DNA from: Elusimicrobiota bacterium
Lineage (GTDB): Bacteria; Elusimicrobiota; Elusimicrobia; UBA1565; UBA9628
Reading direction: 5' to 3'
DNA length: 64,000 nucleotides
Assembly (NCBI GenBank): GCA_044450965.1
Contig: JBIOJO010000012.1
Span: forward strand, 3,040-67,039
Shown here: positions 55,373-64,000 of the stretch, in pieces
Layout: the number at the start of each line of letters is the position of its first letter
Position numbering within the stretch: the first letter of the stretch is position 1
The notes under the pieces: model-generated
Databases searched by the model: none
What the model saw: only the letters and a program-made list of their open reading frames with translations
What the model was told of the DNA's origin: nothing
Position numbers and translations under genes: made by a program

Positions 55373-56473
55373 TTAGACCGCGGAGGCGGCCGGACGGGGG
55401 ACTTGGCGCACGCGGTTGGCCCATTGCGCCTCGAAGCGCGCCTGCGGGAGGTCCATGACGACCTTGAGCGGGCCCGATTCGAGCTGCCGGCGGTCCGCGC
55501 CGGGCAGAAGCTTTCCCAGGGCCGTGCGCCCGCCCGGAAACGCGTCCAGGATGCCCGCCAACGCGCGCGCGTAGCCCGCGGGACCGTGGAGGCGCACCCA
55601 GCCGTCCAAGAGGGCGCGCACGACCTCGGCCACGTCCTCGCGCGAAAGACCCGGATGGCGCGCGACGCGGCGGCCCCAGTCGTCGAAGAACGGCCCGACC
55701 TCGATGAGCAGGTCGGCGCTGCGGCGCAGGCAGCGCGGCTCGCGCAAGGGGTAGTGCCGGTGGTTGTCGGCGCCCAGAAATTTCTGGTTCAGTTCGCCGG
55801 CCCAACCCAACAGGCCTCCGTACAGCGGCGACCCGGGCTTGGCGGCGTCGTACAGCTCCCGGCGCAAATCGTCGTTAGGCGGAAGCTCCCACTGATCGGC
55901 GACGCGGTCCAGGTCGCCGAAATTGTGCGCGATCAGGGCGCAGGCTTTCAGGGTCGCGACGCCGTCTCCGGAATCGGCGATCGCGGCGAAAATCTTCCGC
56001 TCTCGTTCGGCTTCCAGGAGCATGGAGTCCAGCACCCGTCGGGCCAAGGCCGGATCTTTTTCACGGGACGCCGCGTAGGCCCCGACCGCCACGGAGAACC
56101 ACGTCCCCTCGTGGGTGGACAACAACGCTCCGTCGGGGCTTCGCACCTTGCGCCCCGTCACGGGCGCGTAGTCCCAGGACGCCGAGTCTAGAACATGGCC
56201 CGCGAAGGCCGTGATCTGGCTGAGGGACGCGTCCTGCCACAGCCGCCAGCGGATGCCGTTGTCCACGTCGGTGGGCACGAAGGTTCCGGCGGTGGCCCAA
56301 TGGGCGCTGAGGCAAAGGAGATAATAATTCGACGCGTTCAGCGGGCGGGCGTCGGCGTCCTGCAGGCGGCGGAGGTAGGACAGCGGTCCTTCCGCGGGAT
56401 ACGGAGGCGCGTCGAAGAGGAACGGCGCGGTGTTGCGGACCTGCTCCAGCAGATTGCCGGGGGCGATGCCCAC
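55373..56473 (-). CDS. hypothetical protein
   Basis: 366-aa ORF with ordinary composition and no recognisable motif. Confidence 0.45.
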   Translation of the reverse strand: MGIAPGNLLEQVRNTAPFLFDAPPYPAEGPLSYLRRLQDADARPLNASNYYLLCLSAHWATAGTFVPTDVDNGIRWRLWQDASLSQITAFAGHVLDSASWDYAPVTGRKVRSPDGALLSTHEGTWFSVAVGAYAASREKDPALARRVLDSMLLEAERERKIFAAIADSGDGVATLKACALIAHNFGDLDRVADQWELPPNDDLRRELYDAAKPGSPLYGGLLGWAGELNQKFLGADNHRHYPLREPRCLRRSADLLIEVGPFFDDWGRRVARHPGLSREDVAEVVRALLDGWVRLHGPAGYARALAGILDAFPGGRTALGKLLPGADRRQLESGPLKVVMDLPQARFEAQWANRVRQVPRPAASAV

Positions 56474-56477
56474 GGGA

Positions 56478-57050
56478 TCAGCCTTTCCAGTGGAAGTCGC
56501 GACCGGCGTCGGCCAGGAGGGGGAGCTCCCGGTCCTTGGCGGTCATGATCTCGGCGCCGGGCGCCACGGGCCAGCGCACGCCGACGGCGGGATCGTTCCA
56601 GCGGATGCCGGCGTCCACGGCGGCGGACCAGTACCCGGTGACCTTGTAGGTCACGTCGGCCTCGTCGCTGAGAGCGCAGAAGCCGTGGGCGAAGCCCTCC
56701 GGCACCCAGAACATGCGGTTGCCGGAGTCGTCCAATTCGATGGAGGCCCACTTGCCGTAGGTCGGAGAACCGTGGCGTATGTCCACCACGGCGTCGTAAA
56801 TTTTTCCGCGCGCGCAGCGCACCAGCTTGCCGATGGCGGCCGGGTTCTTCTGATAATGAAGCCCGCGGATCACGCCGCGCTTGGAGCGCGACAGGTTGTC
56901 CTGCACCAGGGGAGGCAGGCCCGCCTTCGCCCATTCGTCGGCGCGGAACGACTCCATGAAGAAGCCGCGCTCATCCGGGAAGGACTTGCCCTCGACCAGA
57001 AGAAGCCCTTCGAGGCCGCCGTAGGGGGTGAAAGTGAAAGGCATCGGCAC
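56478..57050 (-). CDS. rfbC: dTDP-4-dehydrorhamnose 3,5-epimerase (RmlC cupin family)
   Basis: GGLEGLLLVEGKSFPDERGFFMESF...RGLHYQ...KLVRCARGKIYDAVVDIR...FWVPEGFAHGFCALSDEADVTYKVTGYWS is the canonical RmlC signature. Confidence 0.85.
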   Translation of the reverse strand: MPMPFTFTPYGGLEGLLLVEGKSFPDERGFFMESFRADEWAKAGLPPLVQDNLSRSKRGVIRGLHYQKNPAAIGKLVRCARGKIYDAVVDIRHGSPTYGKWASIELDDSGNRMFWVPEGFAHGFCALSDEADVTYKVTGYWSAAVDAGIRWNDPAVGVRWPVAPGAEIMTAKDRELPLLADAGRDFHWKG

Positions 57051-57081
57051 ATCTTAGCGCTTCGCGTCCGCCGCCGTCCAC

Positions 57082-57474
57082 TCAGGCGTGGGCGGAAGCG
57101 CCGGGAGGGACGCGGCGCAGGAGGGAGGAGACGCGCGCGATGAGCTCGACGAAGCTGAACGGCTTGGTCATGTAGTCGTCGCCGCCGGCGCCGAAGCCGT
57201 CGGCGACCTCCGCCGGGCTTTTCGCCGAGGACACGAACATGACCGGGATATGGGCGGTGCGGGGATGGGCCTTCAGCTCGCGGCAGAAGTCCAGGCCGTC
57301 CTGATCGGGCAGGCCCCGGTCCAGGATGATCAGGTCCGGGACGAAGTCGCGAAGCTGGAGCCGCGCCTCGCCGGCGGCCGACGCCGTGCGCACGCTGTGG
57401 CGCTCGTCCTCCAGGACATATTGCATGAAACTGGAGGCGTCCTCGTCGTCTTCCACGATCAGCAGCTTCATAGG
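57082..57474 (-). CDS. stand-alone response-regulator receiver (CheY-like) protein
   Basis: MKLLIVEDDEDASSF...LIILDRGLPDQDGLDFC...DYMTKPF. Start at MKLLIV (57474) rather than the upstream ATG of the track ORF. Confidence 0.75.
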   Translation of the reverse strand, partial: PMKLLIVEDDEDASSFMQYVLEDERHSVRTASAAGEARLQLRDFVPDLIILDRGLPDQDGLDFCRELKAHPRTAHIPVMFVSSAKSPAEVADGFGAGGDDYMTKPFSFVELIARVSSLLRRVPPGASAHA

Positions 57475-57571
57475 GCCAGTATGGGTCCGCAAACGCCCCG
57501 GCGCCAGATAATATTCGGCTAACGCTTGGATAAAGCTCGGTAAAAGCCTCCAATCCGGGTATAATCCGGTC

Positions 57572-58531
57572 ATGGCCAAAGGCTTCTATTTGGGCGTGGA
57601 CGTGGGCGGGACGAAGATCGCCGCGGGGCTGGTCAGCCCCGCCGGAAAGATCCTGGGCTGGGAGAAGACGTCCACCCCGCGCAAGGCCTCGGCCGAGGAC
57701 GTCGCGCGGGTCATCGTGCGCACGGTGCGCGACGTGATCCGCGACGCGGGCATGAAAGCCAAGCGCTTGAAGGGGATCGGCATCGGCGTTCCCGGCATCG
57801 TGGACTCCGCGGGGGAAAAGGTTCTGGTCGCGCCGAACATCGCCTTGGCGGGCTACCCTCTGGCCGCCGAGCTCCGCCGCAAGTTCGACACGAAGGTGGC
57901 GCTGGGCAACGACGTGAACCTGGGCGTGCTGGGCGAGCGCTGGCTGGGCGCCGGCGCCGGCGTGGACGACCTGGTGGGCATTTTTCCGGGTACGGGCGTG
58001 GGGGGCGGCGTGGTCTGCGGCGGCATGCCGCTCCTCGGCGCGCACGGAGCGGCGGCGGAACTGGGTCATATCGTCTTGGACCCGAAGGGGCCGCTGTGCG
58101 GCTGCGGCGCGCACGGCTGCCTGGAGGCGTATTCCAGCCGCACCGCCGTCGAACGCGACATCCGCGCCGGGGTGCGCGCGGGAGAGCGCACGGAGATCCT
58201 GACCTTGAACGGCGGGAAGCTGGACGTCATCAAGAGCAAGGTTCTCGCGCGCGCGCTGAAGCGCCGCGACCCGCTGGTGACGCGGGTGATGCGCGCGGCG
58301 GCGGAGCGGTTGGGCGACGGCTGCGTGAGCCTGCGGCACTGCTTCGACCCGGAGTTGTTCGTGTTCGGCGGCGGCTTGATCGAAGCCTGCGGGGACTTCC
58401 TGCTCCCCGTCGTCCGCAAGCGACTGGCGCAGGACTCATTGTTCCACAAGGTCGGGCCCTGCAAGGTCGTCCGCTCGCGTCTCGGCGACGACGCGGTGGT
58501 GCTGGGCGCCGTGGCGCTGGTGAAGCGGTGA
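57572..58531 (+). CDS. ROK-family sugar kinase (glucokinase-like)
   Basis: LGVDVGGTKIAAGLV N-terminal ATP-binding motif. GIGVPGIVD. ROK zinc-binding Cys/His cluster (CGCGAHGCLE). Confidence 0.8.
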   Translation: MAKGFYLGVDVGGTKIAAGLVSPAGKILGWEKTSTPRKASAEDVARVIVRTVRDVIRDAGMKAKRLKGIGIGVPGIVDSAGEKVLVAPNIALAGYPLAAELRRKFDTKVALGNDVNLGVLGERWLGAGAGVDDLVGIFPGTGVGGGVVCGGMPLLGAHGAAAELGHIVLDPKGPLCGCGAHGCLEAYSSRTAVERDIRAGVRAGERTEILTLNGGKLDVIKSKVLARALKRRDPLVTRVMRAAAERLGDGCVSLRHCFDPELFVFGGGLIEACGDFLLPVVRKRLAQDSLFHKVGPCKVVRSRLGDDAVVLGAVALVKR

Positions 58532-59076
58532 GCCGCTCTATTCTCGTCGTGCTCGCTCTTCTCTGCGCGGCCGTCTCTCCGGCGCGCGCCGCGAAGGACG
58601 AGTTCGCCGAGCTGAAGCCTCTCCTCGGCTCGTGGCTGGTGGACAAGGAGTGCGGGACCAACAAGGAGCGCCTGCTGGTGGTCTTCACGCGCCATCCGAA
58701 ATACATCCACATGGAGTTCAGCAATCCGCTGCGCCCGGACACGGCGCTGGGTTCGGCCGATCTCTTCGCCCACGGGGTGCCGGGCCACTTTCATTCGAAC
58801 GTGGCCCTGCCGGACAATCCGGTGCTGAAGTCGATCGGGGCGACGTCCCTGCCGAGAAATCTGGTGGTCTCCGACGACCCGGACGAGCCGGAAGGTCCCG
58901 GGAAGGACTATCTGACCTGCAGCGCGTCCGTGGGGCCGTTCAGCAGCCTGATGACGATCAAGCTGCGCGACAAATACCGCAAGGCGACCTTCATCTTCAC
59001 CGACGAGTCGCCGATCAGCCGCGACCGCTGCCGCGGGAGCGGCGTCAAGCAGAAGACGAAGCCGAAAGCGGAGTAG
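58528..59076 (+). CDS. secreted hypothetical protein
   Basis: GTG start overlaps the upstream stop. Signal peptide ILVVLALLCAAVSPARA. Confidence 0.45.
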   Translation: MSRSILVVLALLCAAVSPARAAKDEFAELKPLLGSWLVDKECGTNKERLLVVFTRHPKYIHMEFSNPLRPDTALGSADLFAHGVPGHFHSNVALPDNPVLKSIGATSLPRNLVVSDDPDEPEGPGKDYLTCSASVGPFSSLMTIKLRDKYRKATFIFTDESPISRDRCRGSGVKQKTKPKAE

Positions 59077-59079
59077 CCG

Positions 59080-59499
59080 CTACTCGAAATCGGCGACGGT
59101 GGGGACGGGGCGCTTGAGGTCGGCCTCGCCGATGGTCACGGTGACGACGGGGCTCATCCAGAGGTCGCCGAACGAGCTGATGACGACCAGCCGGTAATGG
59201 TAGGTGCCGGCGGCGATGCGGCCGTCCTCGAAGATCAGGTCCCCGACGTTGTGCGTCTCGTACAGCGCCTTCTTCGGAGCGTACAGCGGCTCGTCCTTGT
59301 CGGACTTGAGCAGGGCGTAGCCGAAGAAGTCGTCGCGCTTGTAGCGCTTCCAGGTCAACAGGACGCGGCCGTCGGCGACCTTGGCCGTGAAGCCGATGGC
59401 GGGGACCACGGCGGGGGCGCGGAGCTTCTCGGGCGGGGACACCGCGAGGGCCAGAGCGGGGACCAGCAGAAGCGACAGGGCCAGGATGTTCTTTTTCAT
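59080..59499 (-). CDS. secreted hypothetical protein
   Basis: Signal peptide MKKNILALSLLLVPALALA. 139 aa. Confidence 0.5.
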   Translation of the reverse strand: MKKNILALSLLLVPALALAVSPPEKLRAPAVVPAIGFTAKVADGRVLLTWKRYKRDDFFGYALLKSDKDEPLYAPKKALYETHNVGDLIFEDGRIAAGTYHYRLVVISSFGDLWMSPVVTVTIGEADLKRPVPTVADFE

Positions 59500-59500
59500 G

Positions 59501-60878
59501 TTAAGCGTGAGCCTCTTGGCCGGCGGCCTTCTCCAGCTCCTTCTTCCAGAACGCCTGGCCTTCGGCGGGCAAGGTGTAAACCGGGTCGTAGTACTCGTAG
59601 CGGCGGGTCATGGCGTCGGCGTCGCCGGCCTCGATGCCGGTCTTGTAGTTCTTGGTCCAGTAGGAGATGCCCTTGACCTTGTCGTAGTCGGCGAGCTGGT
59701 GGATCCAGCGCTTGCCCACGTAGGGAACGTCCACGGTCACGCGCGGAGTGGCGAAGCCGGGCAGGTAGCCCATGATGTCGTGCTGGAGCTTCATGCCCTC
59801 GGCGATGGACAGGCGCCAGTGCTCGGAGTTGGGGATCATGTCGGCCATGTAGAAGTAGTACGGCATGATCTTGGCGTGGTCGAGCAGCATGAAGCACAGC
59901 TCGAGCAGGTCTTTCTGCGTGGTGTTCACGCCGCGCAGGAGGACTCCCTGGTTGCGCACGTCGCGAAAACCCATCTCCAGGAGCTTGCGCACGGCCTTGC
60001 CGACCAGCGGGGTGACCTGCTGGGCGTGGTTGACGTGGGTATGCACGGCGATGTCGATGCCGCGGTCCCAAGCGCGCTTGGAGATTCTTTCTAGGGCTTT
60101 GAGCACCTCATCCTGAAGGAAGTGCTGGGGCAGGCCCTGAAGTCCTTTCGTGGCCAGGCGGATGTCCTTGATGTTGGGGATGTCCATCAGCTCCATCAGG
60201 AAGGATTCCAGCTGGGCGATGGGCACGTTGGCGATGTCGCCGCCGGAGACGACCACGTCGCGAACGCCGGGGGTTTTGCGCAGATAGTCCAGCATGGCGC
60301 CGTAGCGGTCCTTGGGGGTGCCCTCGAACTTGTGCTTGGTCACCTGAGGCACGGAGTTGCCGACCAGGTCCATGCGGGTGCAATGGCCGCAGTACTGGGG
60401 GCAGGTGGAGATCATTTCCGCCAGGACCTTGGTGGGATAGCGGTGGGTGAGGCCCTCGGTGGCCCACATCTCGGACTCATGCAGGCTGTCGCGGCTGGCG
60501 CGGGGGTGGTTGGGCCACTCGTTGAGCCGGTCGGAGATCATGGGGATCATGTAGCGGCGGGACGGGATCGCCCTTGAGGTCCTTCTCGTTCATCGTGTTG
60601 AGCATCTGCGGGGGAATCAGCAAGGACATCGTGGCCTTCTCGGCCTGGTCCTTCACGATCTCCTCGGCGATGGCGTCGGTCAGGTAGGGGCCGAACGCGT
60701 CCTTCAAGTCCTTCAGATTCTTGGCCGAGTGCTGGCGCTGCCACAAGGCGCTTTCCCACTGCTCCTTGGTGACGTTCTTGTACCCGGGCAGGCGCGTCCA
60801 GTCCGGCTCGACGAACTGGCGCTTCAGGGGGTACTGGAACGGCTGTCCGGCGGGGTCCGCCTTGACTTTCTTGGCCAT
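59501..60878 (-). pseudogene. KamA-family radical SAM protein (lysine 2,3-aminomutase-like), interrupted by a frameshift near 60545-60560
   Basis: Downstream frame holds GLTHRYP, the CxxxCxxC cluster (CPQYCGHCTR) and the remainder of a KamA-like body. Upstream frame (60477-60878) holds the KamA-like N-terminus (PDWTRLPGYKNVTKEQWESALWQRQ...). The two ORFs overlap by about 70 nt in different frames across a C/G-rich run. Confidence 0.6.
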
Positions 60879-60934
60879 GAGCTATTTTAACCGTTTTTGA
60901 TGGAACTTTCGAAGGGGTCGCTCCGTAGAATAGG

Positions 60935-61255
60935 ATGGACCTGGAACCGGGGTGGGAGCTTTGCTGGGTGAGGGAGAACGGGGCGCGTTTGAAGGAACTG
61001 CGTCTTGAGCGGCACATCTCGCGGAATCAACTCGCTGATGAGGCGGGGGTGAACGTTTCCCAGGTATGGCGTGTCGAATCGGGGCGCGATTCCCAGCTCA
61101 CGACGTTTCTGAAGCTGTATGCGGGATTGGGTTACACGATCAAGCTGGAACTGCTCGAGATATGCGATGAGGTGGGCGATCTTCTCGATGAAGAGAGTCA
61201 GCGTCGAAAAGACCGGCGGTTGGAAGGAATGCTTTCGGGAAAGCGATGGCGATAA
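60935..61255 (+). CDS. XRE-family helix-turn-helix transcriptional regulator
   Basis: LKELRLERHISRNQLADEAGVNVSQVWRVESG is a Cro/C1-type HTH. Confidence 0.7.
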   Translation: MDLEPGWELCWVRENGARLKELRLERHISRNQLADEAGVNVSQVWRVESGRDSQLTTFLKLYAGLGYTIKLELLEICDEVGDLLDEESQRRKDRRLEGMLSGKRWR

Positions 61256-61273
61256 TCGGCTTCCCTTCCAAAT

Positions 61274-61363
61274 TTGGTTCTTTGCCTAGGGGCAATTTTT
61301 GTGACCCACGGGCGAATTAAACGTCTCTATTTATCGAAAAACTGCCGTTAAGCAAAGAACCAA
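61274..61363. repeat. 12/17-bp inverted repeat (ttggttctttgc ... gcaaagaaccaa) flanking a 66-bp AT-rich spacer in a convergent intergenic region
   Basis: Arms at 61274-61285 and 61352-61363 are perfect over 12 bp; extended to 17 bp they differ at 1 of 18 positions. AT-rich relative to the genome. Confidence 0.6.
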
Positions 61364-61385
61364 TCTGGGAGAGGCCCGGAGGAGG

Positions 61386-63998
61386 CTACTCCTTCCCTTT
61401 CCAAAGCCCGCCCACGGTGAAGCGGTCCCACGCCCAGCGCGTCCACTCGATCATGGAGTTCGCCAGCCACAGCGCCCACAGCAGCATGGCGACGCGGTAG
61501 GCGCCCAGCGGGACGGAGACCACCCACGGACGCGGGGTGGTGGTTCCGGCTCGGTCCAGGTACCAGCGCAGGAGTTCGGGGCCGGAGCCGTTGCCGGCGA
61601 TCTGCATGTCCGGCGCGCCCAGGAGGCCGCGGCTGATGGCCTTGAACAGCAGGATGGCGGCCACGAACGAGTAGAACGCCAGGGCGATCTGGACGAGGTT
61701 GAACTTGTCGCGGGTGGCGGCCGGGTTCGCGCCGCGGTACGCGACGACGATGAACCACAGCGCGACGAAGGCCGCGGCGGGCGGGCTCAACTGCGTCAAG
61801 CCGAGCGAGAACAGGAACCACTGGCGCCAGTTCAGCGGGGCCATCCCCGTCTTCGCCAGTCCGGCGCTGGCCAAAATGAACACGAAGAGCAGGCTCCAGA
61901 ACAGGACGACGGGCCCCATGCCCGGTCCGCCCAGGAACAGGGTCCAGCGTCCCTGCGGGAGCACCACGATCACGTGGGAGTTCACGCTGGGCGCGCCCAG
62001 GTCGATGTCCGGGGCGCGGAAGAACAGGCGGATGCCGCCGGGCTGGCGCCAATCCACCTTCACGGTATGCGCGCCGGGGGAGACGGGCACGGACAGGTGT
62101 CGTCCTTCCATGCGCAGGGGCTGGACGGCGCCGTCCACGGAGGCGGTCAGAAGCTCGGAGCCCTCCGGCAAGGTCAGGAGTTGGCGGTCGCCGCGGCTGG
62201 TGCGCAAGGACACGGTCAGCGAGGCGTCGGTGGCGCGGACTCCGGGCTGGAGGTTCAGCTCGCTTTGGTCCACGGTCAAGGTCTGGCCGACGACGGCGCC
62301 GGGGCGGGTGATCTTGAGATTCAATTCCTCGCCGGGCCACGGGCGGTAGGCCATGGTGCGGGCGCCGGAATCGGGGTCCTGGTACATGGACGGCACGCCG
62401 GCCGCGTCCACGTGCCACAGCGGCCCCGGCTCCACGCGCCAGGCCTCGGTCCATGGGACGTTCTTGGGAGCGCTCATCTTGAGCGCGGAGGCTTCCTGGA
62501 TGGTCGAGGTCCACGATTCCGACGCGCTTTGGGGGGAAATGCTGAGCTGGACCTTGCCGCCGACCACGCGCAGGTCGGATGAGGTCACGGACTCGCCGGG
62601 AAGCAGCGGAATCTGGACCACGACGGCGGAACCCAGAGGCGTCAAGCGTTCGACGCGCGTCTCCACGCTCCACGACAGACCCAGCTTTAGGATGCGGGTG
62701 ACGCGCAGGAACGGCGGATAGATTCCTTGAGCGCGCGCGGCCGCGGCGGCGGCGGGCTCGGCGCTGCGGGAGCGGCTGAGCTGGAGGTTGTCCTCGGCGC
62801 GCCCGTCCTCGCGCACGCCGTGAAGCGACCAGCCCGCGACGGAGCTTTCCACGCGGCGGGGTTTCAAAGGCAGGGCGATTTGGACGGCGTCGCGCTCGGG
62901 CAGGGGCCCTTCCAGAACCAAGGTGTGCGCGCCCGCGGGCACCGGCGCCCACAGCGAGCCGTCGCCGCCGCGCAGGACGGACGCGGGCGCGCCGTCGAGC
63001 GTCGCCTTCACCGGGGACCACTCGCGCCCGCCGGACGGGAGCGGCACCGCGGCGCCGGCCACGGCGTGCACGTCGAACGACAGGCTCAGCCACGTCGCGG
63101 TGGCGGACACTTTGAGGCGAGGGCTCTCGGCGCAGTTGGGAGAACACGCCGGGGCTTCCAGAAGCCCGGCGCGGAGTTGATCGAGGAGATCCTTGGGGGG
63201 AAAGCCGTCGGCGGCGGACGAACGAACGCTCGCCACGGCGATTAAGAATAACGGAAGAATCGTCTTAATCATCCGCGAACGCCCTTCGGGCGCGCGCAGG
63301 GAGTTCAGCCAGTCGTTCACCGGAAGACCGATGACCAGGAGAGCGAGGAAGATCGTGAGCGCCACGCGCACGAGGGCCAGAACGAAATTGACTCCCGGAG
63401 GAATCAGCCACAAATGAAGCCGATGGCCCTGCGGCACGGGACCGCGCCAGGAAATCCGCGCCTGATGCCAGGACCAGTACGGCAATCCCGGTCCGGTGGT
63501 GACGCGCGCCTGGGGGTCCAGGCGCATCTGCATCAGAACCGTGTTGTAGAACGACGGTTCGGGCATCGGGGCGGCGGCGGGGGAGGGCATCGCGATGTTG
63601 GCGGATCCGCCTAATGAACTGGAGAGGCGACCAAATGAGCCAGAAGCACCCTCGGCTTTGTCGTCCTCATCCGATGATTCTGCTGCGGCCGCCGCTCGTG
63701 CTTCGACTTGTGCAGCAAGCTCGGCTCTCTTTTTTGCCATGGCCCGGCGCGGTGAGGGCCGAGCGGAAGGTCGGGGAGCGGAATCCAACTCAACCTCTTC
63801 CTGCTTTCCTGCGGATCCGGGCTGGACTGACTGGTACGGCTCTTCCAAAACTGGGAAAGCACCGTGTCGGATCTCCGTCACGAAGAACGGAAGACAGACC
63901 AACACGAGAATGCCCCACGTCGCCCGGCGCGCCCATAGGACCTTCACGGCGAAGTTGGGATACGCGACCAAGGCGCGATCTAATGCCGCGAAAGCCAA
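61386..63998 (-). CDS. large hypothetical membrane protein (870+ aa, possibly 5'-truncated by the window edge)
   Basis: Long ORF with several clusters of TM helices (N-terminal, mid, and five or more C-terminal) and large beta-rich extracytoplasmic regions. The first Met lies 2 nt from the window end. Confidence 0.5.
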   Translation of the reverse strand: MAFAALDRALVAYPNFAVKVLWARRATWGILVLVCLPFFVTEIRHGAFPVLEEPYQSVQPGSAGKQEEVELDSAPRPSARPSPRRAMAKKRAELAAQVEARAAAAAESSDEDDKAEGASGSFGRLSSSLGGSANIAMPSPAAAPMPEPSFYNTVLMQMRLDPQARVTTGPGLPYWSWHQARISWRGPVPQGHRLHLWLIPPGVNFVLALVRVALTIFLALLVIGLPVNDWLNSLRAPEGRSRMIKTILPLFLIAVASVRSSAADGFPPKDLLDQLRAGLLEAPACSPNCAESPRLKVSATATWLSLSFDVHAVAGAAVPLPSGGREWSPVKATLDGAPASVLRGGDGSLWAPVPAGAHTLVLEGPLPERDAVQIALPLKPRRVESSVAGWSLHGVREDGRAEDNLQLSRSRSAEPAAAAAARAQGIYPPFLRVTRILKLGLSWSVETRVERLTPLGSAVVVQIPLLPGESVTSSDLRVVGGKVQLSISPQSASESWTSTIQEASALKMSAPKNVPWTEAWRVEPGPLWHVDAAGVPSMYQDPDSGARTMAYRPWPGEELNLKITRPGAVVGQTLTVDQSELNLQPGVRATDASLTVSLRTSRGDRQLLTLPEGSELLTASVDGAVQPLRMEGRHLSVPVSPGAHTVKVDWRQPGGIRLFFRAPDIDLGAPSVNSHVIVVLPQGRWTLFLGGPGMGPVVLFWSLLFVFILASAGLAKTGMAPLNWRQWFLFSLGLTQLSPPAAAFVALWFIVVAYRGANPAATRDKFNLVQIALAFYSFVAAILLFKAISRGLLGAPDMQIAGNGSGPELLRWYLDRAGTTTPRPWVVSVPLGAYRVAMLLWALWLANSMIEWTRWAWDRFTVGGLWKGKE

Positions 63999-64000
63999 GA

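Noticed and set aside
60525-60570. Programmed ribosomal frameshift in the KamA-like gene
   Set aside because: No slippery heptamer or downstream pseudoknot is evident. A simple indel in a C/G run (sequencing error or decay) is the more economical explanation.
1-64000. Additional tRNA, rRNA or CRISPR arrays
   Set aside because: Intergenic regions are few and short. Apart from the tRNA-Met at 1219-1295 I could not find further cloverleaf-compatible T-arm or acceptor signatures or spaced direct repeats. The scan was done by eye, not exhaustively.

Overview
High-GC (about 68% by eye) bacterial chromosomal segment. It is densely coding on both strands and carries many long antisense 'shadow' ORFs that I treat as artefacts of GC3 bias. 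Left edge: a tyrosine integrase next to tRNA-Met(CAT) with a bidirectional terminator; the integrated element itself would lie off-window to the left. Next comes a secretion and adhesion-rich block: an NHL-repeat/Fn3 protein with a T9SS-type C-terminal sorting domain, translationally coupled to a PorV/UPF0164-like outer-membrane protein; a second PorV-like paralog; short (293 aa) and long (1930 aa) tail-fibre-like repeat proteins sharing N- and C-terminal domains; a 1744-aa Kelch/Fn3/propeller protein with the same sorting domain; CARDB/PrcB-like, FecR-like and large outer-membrane beta-barrel proteins. There are three two-component systems and three stand-alone receiver (CheY-like) proteins. 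Two loci stand out as candidate undescribed systems. (1) A minus-strand operon (25891-30404) encodes a fusion of a FliF/SctJ-type ring-building domain with a FliG C-terminal (torque-helix) domain, followed by MotA, two MotB paralogs and a TPR protein. No other flagellar genes occur anywhere in 64 kb, so this may be a minimal stator-rotor module. (2) A single 2808-aa ORF (35593-43977) fuses a membrane M50/site-2-protease domain (HEVAH ... LDGG) to a ClpB/ClpA-like double AAA+ unfoldase and C-terminal HEAT-like repeats. It is preceded by an HspR/MerR-like regulator and palindromic operator-like sites overlapping sigma70-like promoters. Other content: RluA-family pseudouridine synthase; a small secreted Lys/Ala-rich AEKK-repeat protein; a thioredoxin(CPPC)-TPR protein; a cluster of secreted HExxH-peptidase-like, transglutaminase-like and low-complexity proteins; RmlC; a ROK kinase; a frameshifted KamA-family radical SAM gene; an XRE regulator; and a large membrane protein that may be truncated by the window edge.
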